This document shows, in pieces, positions 1-13,875 of a DNA stretch of 64,000 bases. Made by a program: the position numbers and the translations under genes. Position 1 is the first letter of the stretch. Each line of letters starts with the position of its first letter. The notes beneath the pieces were generated by a model that saw nothing but the letters and a program-made list of their open reading frames with translations, had not been told where the DNA came from and made no database searches. The stretch is from Macrostomum lignano (taxonomy: Eukaryota): assembly GCA_002269645.1 (NCBI GenBank), contig NIVC01001052.1, positions 163,433-227,432 on the forward strand. The letters run 5' to 3'.

Positions 1-2540
1 GGCCGCCCCCCACGCCCCTGGCATTAGTTAGTCTAGTGGTATAGTGGGGGGCTGGCCACCCCCACGCCCCTGGCATTAGTTAGTCTAGTGGTATAGTGGG
101 GGCTGGCCGCCCCCCACGCCCCTGGCATTTATTAGTCTAGTGGTATAGTGGGGGCTCGCCGCCCCCCACGCCCCTGGCATTAGTTAGTCTAAGTGGTATA
201 GTGGGGGCTGGCCGCCCCCCACGCCCCTGGCATTAGTTAGTCTAGTGGTATAGTGGTATAGTGGGGGCTGGCCGCCCCCCACACCCTGGCATTAGTTAGT
301 CTAGTGGTATAGTAGGGGGCTGGCCGCCCCCCACGCCCCTGGCATTAGTTAGTCTAGTGGTATAGTGGGGGCTGGCCGCCCCCACGCCCCTGGCATTAGT
401 TAGTCTAGTGGTATAGTGGGGGGCTGGCCGCCCCCACGCCCCTGGCATTAGTTAGTCTAAGTGGTATAGTGGGGGGCTTGCCGCCCCCCACGCCCCTGGC
501 ATTAGTTAGTCTAGTGGTATAGTGGGGGGCTGGCCACCCCCCACGCCCCTGGCATTAGTTAGTCTAGTGGTATAGTGGGGGGCTGGCCGCCCCCCACGCC
601 CCTGGCATTAGTTAGTCTAGTGGTATAGTGGGGGGCTGGCCGCCCCCACGCCCCTGGCATTAGTTAGTCTAGTGGTATAGTGGGGGGCTGGCCGCCCCCA
701 CGCCCCTGGCATTAGTTAGTCTAAGTGGTATAGTGGGGGGCTGCCGCCCCCACGCCCCTGGCATTAGTTAGTCTAGTGGTATAGTGGGGGCTGGCCGCCC
801 CCCACGCCCCTGGCATTAGTTAGTCTAGTGGTATAGTGGTATAGTGGGGGGCTAGCCGCCCCCACGCCCCTGGCATTAGTTAGTCTAGTGGTATAGTAGG
901 GGGCTGGCCGCCCCCCACGCCCCTGGCATTAGTTAGTCTAGTGGTATAGTAGGGGGCTGGCCGCCCCCACGCCCCTGGCATTTATTAGTCTAGTGGTATA
1001 GTGGGGGGCTAGCCGCCCCCACGCCCCTGGCATTAGTTAGTCTAGTGGTATAGTGGGGGGCTGGCCGCCCCCACGCCCCTGGCATTAGTTAGTCTAGTGG
1101 TATAGTGGGGGGCTGGCCACCCCCACGCCCCTGGCATTAGTTAGTCTAGTGGTATAGTGGGGGGCTGGCCACCCCCCACGCCCCTGGCATTAGTTAGTCT
1201 AGTGGTATAGTGGGGGCTGGCCGCCCCCCACGCCCCTGGCATTAGTTAGTCTAGTGGTATAGTGGGGGGCTGGCCGCCCCCCACGCCCCTGGCATTAGTT
1301 AGTCTAGTGGTATAGTGGGGGGCTGGCCGCCCCCACGCCCCTGGCATTAGTTAGTCTAAGTGGTATAGTGGGGGGCTGGCCGCCCCCCACGCCCCTGGCA
1401 TTAGTTAGTCTAGTGGTATAGTGGGGGCTGGCCGCCCCCCACGCCCCTGGCATTAGTTAGTCTAGTGGTATAGTGGGGGGCTGGCCGCCCCCACGCCCCT
1501 GGCATTAGTTAGTCTAAGTGGTATAGTGGGGGGCTGGCCGCCCCCCACGCCCCTGGCATTAGTTAGTCTAGTGGTATAGTGGGGGCTGGCCACCCCCACG
1601 CCCCTGGCATTAGTTAGTCTAGTGGTATAGTGGGGGGCTGGCCGCCCCCACGCCCCTGGCATTTATTAGTCTAGTGGTATAGTGGGGGCTCGCCGCCCCC
1701 CACGCCCCTGGCATTAGTTAGTCTAAGTGGTATAGTGGGGGGCTGGCCGCCCCCCACGCCCCTGGCATTAGTTAGTCTAGTGGTATAGTGGTATAGTGGG
1801 GGGCTGGCCGCCCCCCACACACCTGGCATTAGTTAGTCTAGTGGTATAGTAGGGGGCTGGCCGCCCCCACGCCCCTGGCATTAGTTAGTCTAGTGGTATA
1901 GTGGGGGGCTGGCCGCCCCCCACGCCCCTGGCATTAGTTAGTCTAGTGGTATAGTGGGGGGCTGGCCGCCCCCACGCCCCTGGCATTAGTTAGTCTAAGT
2001 GGTATAGTGGGGGGCTGGCCGCCCCCCACGCCCCTGGCATTAGTTAGTCTAGTGGTATAGTGGGGGCTGGCCACCCCCCACGCCCCTGGCATTAGTTAGT
2101 CTAGTGGTATAGTGGGGGCTGGCCGCCCCCCACGCCCCTGGCATTAGTTAGTCTAGTGGTATAGTGGGGGGCTGGCCGCCCCCACGCCCCTGGCATTAGT
2201 TAGTCTAGTGTATAGTAGGGGGCTGGCCGCCCCCCACGCCCCTGGCATTTATTAGTCTAGTGGTATAGTGGGGTCTGGCCGCCCCCCACGCCCCTGGCAT
2301 TAGTTTCTCTAGTGGTATAGTGGGGGGCTGGCCGCCCCCCACGCCCCTGGCATTAGTTAGTCTAGTGGTATAGTGGGGGGCTGGCCGCCCCCACGCCACT
2401 GGCATTAGTTAGTCTAGTGGTATAGTGGGGGGCTGGCCGCCCCCCACACCCCTGGCATTAGTTTCTCTAGTGGTATAGTGGGGAGTTGGCCGCCCCACGC
2501 CCCTGGCATTAGTTTGTCTAGTGGTATAGTGGAGGGCTGG
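1..2540. repeat. ~52-54 bp tandem satellite (GGCATTAGTTAGTCTAGTGGTATAGTGGGGGGCTGGCCGCCCCCCACGCCCCT)n, runs off the window start
   Basis: Directly visible tandem units varying mainly in G/C homopolymer length. Each unit holds a GTGGGGGG-CTGGCCG-CCCCCCAC hairpin and a CTAGT. Confidence 0.97.
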
Positions 2541-2850
2541 CCGCCCCCACACCCCCGCTCCCCCACCCCTCCCGCGCGTTGTTGTTGGGGAGGGTGGTTG
2601 TTGTTGTGGGGTTTGCGTAACGTGGGGGCTGCCGCCCCCACACCCCCGCTCCCCACCCCTCCCGCGCGTTGTTGTTGGGGAGGGTGGTTGTTGTTGTGGG
2701 GTTTGCGTAACGTGGGGGCTGCCGCCCCCACACCCCCGCTCCCCCACCCCTCCCGCACATTGTTGTTGGGGAGGGTGGTTGTTGTTGTGGGGTTTGCGTA
2801 ACGTGGGGCTGCCGCCCCCACACCCCCGCTCCCCCACCCCACCCCTCCGC
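2540..2850. repeat. ~98 bp unit x3 sharing the same GC hairpin as the upstream satellite
   Basis: GTTGTTGGGGAGGGTGGTTGTTGTTGTGGGGTTTGCGTAACGTGGGGGCTGCCGCCCCCAC is repeated three times. Confidence 0.9.
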
Positions 2851-5800
2851 AACTTTTCCCACCTCTAACTCATCTTTTTAGCATGCTAAAACTGCTTGTA
2901 AGCCTTTGGCGACCGCGCAACACATGATACTTGCCGATATGTATCGTAATATTCTTTCTGCACTAACAAATCATCTGTGCCGCACTTTCAGCTTCACTCT
3001 TACTCTTTAATAAGGTATAGAAGGAAAGGAAAATTAAACAATCAATATTAAATTATATTCAAGTGAAAGAGAATTGAAAATACTAATAAATCCGTTCCTG
3101 CTAAAAAATTAAATATAAAAAAAACTTGGCCCACTTGGGATTCGAACCCGTGTTTAGGCCATTTACAAAGCAACTGCCTTCGGCCCCGATCCATCTCTTA
3201 CTTAAGCGAAGCTCTACAGTGCACGCCGTTTATATCGAATATTCCCTATGGTAGCCACTTTTACGATTTTTGCTGCTTTTTCATACATTTCTGCTCGCTG
3301 CATCGCAGCGCCTTCATCTAAAAATGCGAGTCGCATGTCGTTACAGAGATAACATCAAGGCGCATTCATCTAATGCATTTTTAAAGTATGTCAACAAATT
3401 TTACGCCTCCTAGGCGCCAAATTGTGCATTTTCACCTGTTCTGACAGGTATTCAAACAGGTATTAAGACCTATTAACTTAAGAATCAGTTTTCAAAACTA
3501 ATTTAGTTGCACAGTGCATCCATAGTGCTGTTTTTAGACACCAAAATTGAGTCTCTAGGCCTTGCCAATGCAGAGTTATTAGCAAAAGTATGCTCAAAAT
3601 TTGCCCAAAAATAGCCTTCTCAAAATTCGGAGCCAATTTTCTCAAAAATACGAATTTTCCAGCCATATTGGCGTATGACCGGTGTAACTTCATCTATTCG
3701 ACTAAACAATATTGAAAATGCAGAAAAATCGGTGCGCAAAATTTCTTATTTTTCCACTTCAAAGTTTGTACCCCAAAATGGGCCGTTTTTCACTTAACAG
3801 GTAAAAAGTACCTGTTAACAGGGGTTTTTTCAGGAGTGTCTTATGTCATTCAAAAGGGCATCCGATGGGCTACAATTTGACGCCATACTCGAAAAACTTT
3901 GCCCCATTTTAAAAAAATTTCCTTAACAACGTCTGATTTTCTGCAGTGCCCCCGGCCTCTTTTTTCCCTGGTTTTCGGGTCACTGCTCAGCACAGGTAGG
4001 TCCAAATGCTTAGAAAATTTAGGAAAACAAATTTCCATATGTTTGACACATCGTGTTAAAGTCTCACCACTGTAGCATAAAACACTTTTTCAAGTTTGAG
4101 GACTACTTTTTTAAAACGTGACCCAATTTTTTGAAAATGTCGTTTTTAGGCACTCTTTGGCACCTGGGCAGGTTATTGATGGCCCAATAAGCCAAATCTC
4201 GATGTTTCCGAATAGAAGACATCTATTTGAGTAATTTGGTGTAGAAATATTAAAAAATAAAGTTTTTAATCTCGACGAGATAGGCCTCACAAAAGTGCAC
4301 TAAAAATTTGTACTTTTAAAGTGCAGATAGGCAGCCATGTGAAAAGTACATTTTAGCCCTAAAAACTATAGCGCATCAAACAGCCCCAGGTGTTATTGAC
4401 GCTATGAGGCAGCTCAAAGGCCGCGCTATCGCGCGTCCTTTTCGCTGCGGTGAGGCAAAGTTGGAAAAAATGCCAATTTTTCGACCTCAAAAAACACGTT
4501 TTTTGTACTTTTAGCCTAGACGTTAAAGTACAATAAAAAAATCCATTTCTGATCATTGTAGCGTTCGAATGCCCGCGTTTACTGAGCCAGCCCGCTAAGC
4601 GCTGCCATATTCTCAATCCTTATTTTTTGAGATCAAAGTTTTTGACAAAGTCGAAAAAACGCAGTTTTTGGTTGCCATGGCAACCAAAACGCATTGCCAT
4701 GGCAACCAACTATTGTGCATCCGATAGCGCTAGGTCTTTGACACATTTTGGCAAAAACCGTTTGTAAATTGGTCGTACCGTTTTTTATTGGCAGCGTTTA
4801 AAAGTTGAAAAACGTCATTTTTAGTGTGTGCAACCACGTTACATCTTATCAGGGACGATTTCGCAAAAGTAAGCACCATAGAAAAAAATTCTCGCTTCGC
4901 TCGCCTTTTTTTCTATACTACTTACTGGCTCATCGTCCCACAACTAGTGATTGTATGATATAAATGCGTTGATTAAAAAGATTTTAAAAGGTTTTCCCCA
5001 TTTTCTTCCCTAACCTCCCAGCTATCCCCTTGACAAATGACAATTCCTACACTCCCCTTTTTCTGTTGTGCCCTGAAGAATTGCTTCCCCATTGTTACTT
5101 TTTTAGGGTGCAATTGCAATATATTTTATGTGAATTTTATAAAACAAAATACTTGACTCTGCTATAGCTTTCTTATTGTCATGCTATCTATCATTTATCA
5201 AAGTATCTTAGCTGGAAAGACTGGGTGGTAATACATCCTACATTATTTGCTTCCCTGGTGGCAAAATTATCATTTTGGAAACCTTCAATGTGAATGACAT
5301 CATGGAATGATCAAGCTTCATAGCAGTAAAGTCTCTTGTCTCAATGTGAAATTTTTGAAAAAATATTATAACTTGTTATGCAATTGCCTTATAGTGAATT
5401 GCAGTTTAACTTATAACTACTATTTTATCCCTATTTTATTTACCATATTTGTTGTGCTTCATTGTCTAATTACTTTCAATACTAATTATTTCACACATTC
5501 ATAGCAAGTATTTTCTAGCTCAGTCAATGATAGTGAAACAAAGGAACTATCTATTGATAAACTACACTTGGTAGGTCTAAGTAAATTAATAACATGTTCC
5601 TCAAAGCAAGCTTAATTGTATATTAGTGTTTCAGTTTCATGTATCCTAATATTATCTATGCCATCTTTGGCTTGCATTGTCTATTCAGTATAGAAACCAA
5701 GCAATGCTTTTTGTTGCCCTGCATGCTCAGATGCTAATGTTTCTCATTTGCAGCTTGCATTTGAGCAATGCACTAACAATCTTTGTAACAATAAAACTAA

Positions 5801-6984
5801 ATTTGCTAGAAAGTTGGGGGGAATGACAAAGAGGATAGGGGAGTAAGGGAAGGGCAAGGAGGATGGGGAAAGAGGGGAATGGTAGCCTAGGAAGTGTGGG
5901 AAGATTAGCAAAGAAGATGCATAAAGAAAAAAGAATAGAAAGAAAATAGAAAGATAGCAAGAAGAATAGAAGAGGAGAGGAATGGCTAGCAAGAATGATA
6001 GGGAAGAGGAATAGTAGGAAGGGTAGAAAAGAGAAATAGCAAAGAGAATGGGACCATAGTTTGGAACAGTTGATGTGTACCCAGGAAAAAATGACCGATT
6101 TTTTTGTGTATGCTGATGTACATGTACACTAAATACATTACTTTATGCAAAGCTTCAAATTGTCAATTTTGTAATGGTAAAGTTAAAAACAAAGAATAAT
6201 TTTTATTTTTATATATTTGCCTAATTTTTCATATATATTAAGATAAAAAATTGTGAATTTTTGTAAAAATATCAATTTGTTACCTTGTAAAAAAGGGAAA
6301 TCAGTTTTGCATTAAATGGTTATCAAATTTTACAATTATAATACATAGACAACTATTGTGACTATTATTGAAATATAATTTTCTACATTTTTAGTGTATG
6401 TCACATACCAAAATATTAAATATGTACACCAAATGGCAAAAGCCCAAACTCACTTTTTGTATGCCAATATATACGCCAAATTTTTTGGGTGTACCTTGGA
6501 AATTTCCAGCATACATGCCTTCTTCTGGACTATGGGAATGGGAGTAGAATGGCAAAGTCTAAGGATAGGTAAGAAAATGTTAGAATGTGGGAGAAGAGAA
6601 GAATGATAATAAATAAAGGTGGGAAAATGGCAGAAAAAGGGAATGAAAAAGAGTGGCATAGATCATAAATAAAAGGAGAATAGTTATATAGAACAAGCTG
6701 TTGAAACCCGTGGATTTTGAACCCGGGGAATTCCAATCCCCGGAAATATTTGTGCATGTGCTTTGAGATCTGAGGCCATACTCAAACAAAAACTTGTTAA
6801 TAGTTAGTAGTATAGAGTAAACATAAAATGGAGTACATTCGTGTAAAATTAGGATTTGAGGCAAACATTTGATATTGTTGGCTGGGGTAGTTGGCTGCGC
6901 AGAATGTCGGGCAATGTCTGTCTGACTCTAAAACATGTATTGGCAAACTCTGGCCTCTGCCTCTGACTCTCCCTACGTACCTTG

Positions 6985-7275
6985 GATCGATTGCAATTTG
7001 TATCTTCTTTTCTGTTTCCTCTCTTCTCTCTCGTCCCTCGTCTCTCCTTTCTTCTCTTTCTCCTCTCCTCTCTCCCCCTTTTCTTTCGTCTCTTCCTTCT
7101 CCTCTCTACTCTTTATTATCTCTCTTTCCACTCAGCTCTTTTCTTGTTTTATCTCTCCTCTCTCCCCTCGTCTCTCGTCTCTTCCCTCACCTCTCTCGTC
7201 TGCTCTCTCATCTCTCCTTTCTCTTCTTTTATCTTTTCTCTCTTATCTCTTCTCGTTTCTCTCTGCTCTGCTCTG

Positions 7276-7330
<55 letters not shown>

Positions 7331-8440
7331 CCTCTTTCTCTCTCTTTTATCTCTCCTCTCCCATCTCTCTTCTCCTCTCTACTCTCTCCCCTCTTCATTC
7401 TCCTCTTTCCTCTTCTCTCTCCTCACTCCTTCTCTCTCCCTGTCTCTCCTCTCTCCTCTAGTCTCTGTAATCTCTTCCCTCTTCTCTCTCCTCTGTTCTC
7501 TCTACTCTCCCATCTCTCGTCTTTTTACCCTCATCTCTGCTCTCTCATCTGTCATCTTTACTCTCTTATACGTTCTCTCACTTATCTCCTCTGTACTCTT
7601 CTCTTTCACCTCTTCTGACTCCTCTCTTTCCTTTTTCCTTTCTCCTCTTCTCTTCCCTCTTCTATACTGTCTCCCTCTCTTGCCTTCTCTCTTCTCTCTC
7701 TCCACTCTCTCCTCCTTTATCTCTCTCATCTCACTTCTCATCTCTCCTTCGTCTGATCACTCTCATCTTTGCTCTCTCATCCCCCTCGCTCTTCTGTCAT
7801 CTTTACTCTCCTCTTTCCTGTGTACTCTTCTCTTTCCCCTCTTCTGACTCCTCTCTTTCCTTACTCCTCTTTTCTTTTCTCTTCCCTCTTCTGTACTCTC
7901 TCTCCTCTAGTATCTTCTCTCGTCTCTCTGCACTCTCCAGTCTCCTCTCACCTTTTTAATCTCTCATCTTTACTCTCTCATCTCTCCTTTTATTTGTCTC
8001 ATCTCTACAATCTCATCTCTTTTCTCTCTCCTCCTCTTCCCTTTGCTCTCTCATCTCTCCTTTCTCCCCTATTCTTTCACCACTCTCTTATCTCTATCTC
8101 TTCTCTTCTCACTCCTCTCTCCCCCTCTTTTCTCCTCTCTTCTCTATCCTTTCTACTCTCTCCTCTCTAATCTCTCCTCTCCTCTTGACCCTCTGTCATC
8201 TTCTTTCTGCTCTCTCGTCTCTACTCTCTTCTCAATCTTCTCTACTCTCCTCTCTCATCGATCATCTGTCTCATCTCTCCCCTCTTCTCACCTTTACTCT
8301 TTCCTCTCCCTCCTTTCTCCCCTACTCTCGCTTCTTCCTCCCTTCTTCTTTGCTCTCTCCTCACCACTTGTATCTCCTCTTATCTTCCATGTTTTTTCTT
8401 ACCCCTCTCGATCGCCTCTCCTTCCTCTCTTCTAATAGTC
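6985..8440. repeat. Polypyrimidine (CT-rich) low-complexity block including a (CT)n microsatellite near 7282-7328
   Basis: The + strand is almost entirely C/T. The Leu/Ser-rich ORFs here are compositional artefacts. Confidence 0.95.
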
Positions 8441-9619
8441 TATTCCTTCTCCTTTCCACCGTTCCACTCTCATCTGGCCCGCACATAAGCTGGATTCTTT
8501 ATCTGGCTTTTGAAGTAAAAGTCTACCGATCCCTGCTTCGAAAGCCAGTTTGTGGGACGTACTACTCTCATCGTTGTTCTCATGCTTTGATCATGTTATC
8601 TTTCTTGCCAATTTGCAGTCCTGAAAGGAATTTGTGTATCTTCAGCTCCACTGCAGTCTGCATCAGTCTAACAACCAAGGAAATACGCATTTCTTAGGAG
8701 GCCATTTAAATTTAAAAGTACCTTTAAGAGAAACTTAAAATTTTCATGGTGTGACTAATTTAGTAGGGTTCAATCGCATTGCATCGCCTTTTCATAAATC
8801 TTCCGCTTTTACAAACCAGCATGCTGGATTACCTTGATTTGCCAATTGCCATCCACTGTTAAACTGCTGCAGAGCTTGCCTATACAGAGGACAATGCTAC
8901 TCACTAAGCTGTTATGGATGGCTAAACGTAGCCTCTCCACGGGGGTGCAGAGAAGGCTATAAAAAATGTATTCCAAAACACTGTACATTCGCTATGTATT
9001 GTACATTGAGCCCTATCGCCTGACCCTTCGTCTGGGCTGGGGGAATGAGTGAGTTGAGCGCCACAAACAACAGAAAAAGCAGACAAACTTCACATGCTTA
9101 CAGTTTCTTTTTTGGTTGAGTTACAGAGTTGAAAATTTACATTTAGATAGAGAATGAGTCAATGAAGAATTGTGTTAAGTTTGAAGTCAATCGCTTTACG
9201 TGGAGCAAACTTATGGCAGCTGAAAGTTAGTCAATTTTGAAACCCCTTTTACACATCTGGGCCCAGATCGGGAAAGAGAGGCGGGCGGAGGTTGGGGTGG
9301 TTGCTACGCTGAAAAAAACAGCCTAATTTTAAAAGTGCACAGCACCGCTCAGGATTAACTTTGAGACTCGAAATTTTACATAATTGTGCCACAATAGTCG
9401 AAGATTGTTTGTGTCAAATTTGAAGAGAATCGGTAAAAGTGGAGCGGCGCTATGGAGGATTTAGTGAAAAATCGCGTATTTTGAGCAGTTTTTTGTACTT
9501 TTAGGTAGGAAGACATGAGTCTAGGAAATTTAAAGGTAGCCTAAGACATTCTCCGTAGTAAGTTTAGGGTGGGTGTAAAGTTTGGTGTCATTTGGTTGTG
9601 CGGTTTGGGAGTCCATAGC

Positions 9620-9692
9620 GAACGAAATTGTCCACACACAGACAGACACACACACAGACACACAGAGTTTTGATTTTTATAGGTAGAGATAG
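9620..9692 (+). mobile_element. Possible end of a non-autonomous Helitron/Helentron-type element (CA/GACA microsatellite followed by TTTTATAGGTAGAGAT)
   Basis: CACACACAGACAGACACACACACAGACACACAGAG precedes an AT-rich terminus, an architecture known for such elements. The other end was not identified. Confidence 0.3.
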
Positions 9693-9795
9693 GTAAAGGA
9701 AAAATGATAAGAAAGATAAGGGGATACAAGAAAGGCTAGCTATCCTTTCCTTAGATGGCTAACCTATTGCAATTTTTTATCTATAAGAAATTTCG

Positions 9796-10378
9796 CAACT
9801 ACTGTTAGCGACAATTTGGATATACCAGCTAAGATGACCACAAGTTACAAGTGAAATTGCTAGTACCATCATCAAGCAACAAGCTCAAATTAATAAATGA
9901 AGTATATAATAACCAATTTTTGCCAACTTGTTTTTGCCAGCAATATTTTGATAAATGCACCTTCAACTTCTAATAATAAGTACTAATAAACTAACTGTCT
10001 GATGTTAAATACTTTGTTATTTGCCAGCTCTACTGTTTTTATGCTGCCTAAAATAGCTAATTATTGTTTTTTCTTCCCATATAGAATATTTAGATATCCA
10101 ATAGAAAGTTGGACATCTTTGATATGTAACTTTTTTGGTTGCAGGAATGTCCCTAATACATATCCAATTTTTATGATCTTCTAAAGAAGCTTGTTTCTAC
10201 AAAAATTGTGAACAGATAATACGTGTATTATTATTTTTTTATTCCACCATTTTTGTAGAAACAAGCTTCTTTTAGAGGATGATAAAATTGGATACATATC
10301 AATAAGGACGTTCTTACAACTAAAAAAATTATGCATCAGAGATGTCTAATTTTCTATTGGATATGTAATTTTGCTATG
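9796..10378. repeat. Dispersed repeat copy A ending in a ~300 bp foldback (arms ~10081-10211 and ~10245-10378)
   Basis: AAAGAAGCTTGTTTCTACAAAAAT and its exact reverse complement flank a ~35 nt loop. 9796-10235 aligns with 13428-13875. Confidence 0.85.
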
Positions 10379-13300
10379 TGGGCTTATTGCTTAAAATATA
10401 TCAAAATTATTAATTATTAATTCATTTGTCTATGGTAATTTGTTGTAATTTAATGTCTTCAATGTGATCTTTCTCTCATTCTTACTTACTACTGATGATA
10501 TCTTATAGAGCCACTGAGCTAGATATTCTTCTTTCCTTTTTCAAAGAAATAAAGGTTTCTCTTCCATTTAGCAAATTGACTGCAAAAACTCAACTAGCAT
10601 CTAATACACCATTTTCCATTCAATTTAAACAAAACTTGCATTCTATTTTAGCAAGCTGACATTCAATTTCATCATTCTATATTTAGACCCTACCTATTTC
10701 AACATAATTCCAATTTATTAAGGACCCAATAAATTTTATCAAGCAGCATTCAATTTTGGTAATCCTATATTTTATTTTGTATCAAAGTAAGAGCATTCAT
10801 TTTGTCTATGGACAAAACTTGCTCTTGCATGCAGATTTCCTATTCAATTTTGGCATGCAGCATTCAATTTCAATATAACATTTTGGTTGGTGCAATTTTT
10901 TAGTATATACTGTATCAATCTTCAGAAGCCCCTTTCAAGCTAAGAACAAATACTATAGCTGTTTGAGGCTTTCTATAGTATCCCTCTTTAAACTTAGTGC
11001 TCTCTTTTAAGTTTGCTTTTAGAAAACAATTTTGTTTAATATATGAGCATGCACTAAATTCATTTTGAAAAGATATTACTGTACAAAAAAGAAGAATGAG
11101 TCAGAATGACAAGGAAATGTTTGAAGAAGCAGGATATAAAAAAAAATTGGTGACAAAGATAATGATGTTGAACCTGGGGTCCATTATAAAAGAGTCCGAT
11201 AGAGATAGAACCTACCTTCTTAATGTGCTTGAAAAAGGATAAGATTATGTCCATCTGGTATAAATTATAAAGTTGCTTTTGCCTCTACTCTCATATTTTC
11301 ATATTGAAAATGAATGCACCATATCAAAATTGAATAAGAAATCTGCATGTAAAAACAAGTTGGAATACAAAAAGGTTTAAGCCTAGTTGCCTATATAATT
11401 CCCAACAATCTAAAGCCCAAAGGCAAAACCTTCTTGAACCCCTAGTCAGTCAGCCAATTAACTGTCTTAGAAATAGCTATAGATTTGCATTTTATTAAGC
11501 AGTGCTAAAATCAATGCATGTTAAACCAATTAATAAGCTCTACTCAACAATCTAAAAGACAATAGGCCTACTATAATATTTGACCTACCAATGAAGGTCA
11601 GATGAAAAGGCTTTCTAAATAAAAGGCAACAATTGTTGACCTAGTATAATATATCATATACCCTATGAATATACCCTAGGCCTGGTATAATTCTATTGCT
11701 AGACTAGGTCCTAGGTTATCATGTGAATGTGCATTTAAATTGAGAGCTTATTTCCTATCCAGTGTATAAGTATATGTTCTACATTAAAAGTGGCAAATTA
11801 GGCCTACCTAGCTACAACCATATGTGAAGGCTTTAGCTTTGTAAGCCACAATGGTATTGGTAGATTAAGTTTATGGTTTTAGACTTTGATAAATGATCAT
11901 AGTCACAAGTGGCAAAGCCATGAGTAATTACTAATCATTATTATATTCAAAAAAATAGAAATATATTATTATAGACCTTATACACTATCATTTTTGGTTG
12001 ATCATTAAGAAATACCATTAAGTCACACCATTAAGGAACAGCATTATTATTTTGTGCCATAGATATACATAGTAGGTTTAATAGGACACTAAGCTCTCTT
12101 GTGTCAGGAAGATAGCCTTTTTCATGGAAAATTCCAATGCAAGACAGTTAGACATACAACATGCCAGTGCATTCCAGCACAACAGCAGGCAAGGGAGAAA
12201 AATCTAGCACAGTACATTGCAAGACAAAAAATGGCACAATTTGGTACAAGACAAAAGCTTCCAATTAGACAATATTTTCTCTGATAGAAAATTAGCATAT
12301 AATTTCTTTTTATTAGCACTTTTGTTTGCCACAAATTGCTGGTGTATTGATACCTTTTTTAATTAATTTAATTAACAGGTCATTGGTCAGATTGTTGACC
12401 ACATTCCATTTTGTCATATTGGATGATAAAGTGACCAGAAGCAAAGTAGCTTTGAAAAATAATATGATGAAGTGACCAAATATTTTGTTATGCTGGATAC
12501 TTTGTCATCAACCAATCAATCTATGAGATTTGAGTTAGTATAAAACTATTTTTTGTTTTTATTAACTATAAGCATAGTAAGCAAAACCAATCAATCGAGA
12601 GGTTTTATCAATTGAGATGACAAAATGACTGGGATCATTAGGATTCCAAGTAAATATGTTTAATTGCCATATTAATTCACTCGGAAGTTGGAACTAATAT
12701 AATTGGTGGATAACAAAATGACTCTATTAAGGTAGTGCATGCTAATTAAGATGACAAACTGACCCTAGTCAAAGTGAGCACCCCAGACACCCCAGATGAT
12801 GAAATGGCAGATGACAGAATGACTAGGAACCCATTTACATTGCATTTTCTATGAAACAGATTCAAATACAAGTTTTACCAGTATTTTTCAAATGGAAAAT
12901 TATTGATTTTTTGTTTTCTTTCAAAAAGTTGTGGTACACAGTGCAAGCAAACTTTTTTGATAAGAATAGTTCTGGCACATGGCCCAAACAAACTTTTTTA
13001 ATAGGATTTATTCTGGCGAATGGCGCAATCAAACTTTTTTAATAGGATTCATTCTGGTGCAGGCATGCCATGATCCTGACTATGGCTCTTATGGAGTTTT
13101 AGACAAAGCCTAAAGACTAGTCTAAAGTCTGCAAGGAGAGAAGGTTGATAAATAGTCACTGACTGTCTTGTTTAAGTAATTAAAGAACTAGGCATAAGAA
13201 GTGACTAAGAGAAATAAAAAAAATTAAGTGAAAATGCTTTTAATCAACTGGAAGAATCTACCAGACAATAGTTTAGATGGTGTCTTATTGGCTGAACTAA

Positions 13301-13427
13301 ACTTTCTGAATAAACTAAGCTCTGTGAACTATAGTTCCAATAAAATTATAGAGAATATTATTAAATTTCTAACTACACTTGAGACTGCAGGCTGAAGTGT
13401 GATACTGATAAGACCCTAAAGAATTCT

Positions 13428-13875
13428 GCAACTACTATTGTATTAGCAACAATTTGGATATACCAACCAACTAAGATGACCACAAGTTACAAATGAAATT
13501 GCTAGTACCATCATCAAGTAGCAAGCTTAAATTAATATATGAAGTATATAATAGGCCTAGGCCCTAACCAATGTTTGCCAACTAATATTTTGATGAATGC
13601 ACCTTCAACTTCTAATAATAAGTACTAATAAAATAATTGTCTAATGCTAAATACTTTGTTATTTGTCAGCTTTATTGTTTTTATGCTGCTTAATATAGCT
13701 AATTATTGTTTTTTCTTCCTATATAGCAAAAATTACATATCCAATAGAAAGTTGGATATCTCCAATATAACTTTTTGGTTGCAGGAATGTCCCTGATATA
13801 TATCCATTTTATGATCTTCTAAAAGAAGCTTGTTTCTACAAAAATTGTGAATAGATAATATTTATATTATTCATT
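13428..13875. repeat. Dispersed repeat copy B (diverged duplicate of 9796-10235, left arm of the foldback only)
   Basis: Colinear alignment by eye. Differences are mostly C/T and G/A transitions plus a 13-bp AGGCCTAGGCCCT insertion. Confidence 0.85.

Noticed and set aside
1462-2862. Repetitive ORFs in the opening satellite
   Set aside because: These are translations of tandem units whose frames depend on homopolymer length; no domain.
3125-3230. tRNA-like GGGTTCGAATCCC..GGGCCA followed by TTTTT on the - strand
   Set aside because: Only a B box/T-arm is present. I could not find an A box, D arm or anticodon arm, so it is not called a tRNA.
6891-8697. Long Leu/Ser-rich ORFs
   Set aside because: CT-only sequence cannot form stop codons; open in several frames at once.
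8710-9545. Possible Kolobok-type element (TTAA sites, AGGTA-like ends)
   Set aside because: The candidate termini face outward and no convincing TIR pair was found.
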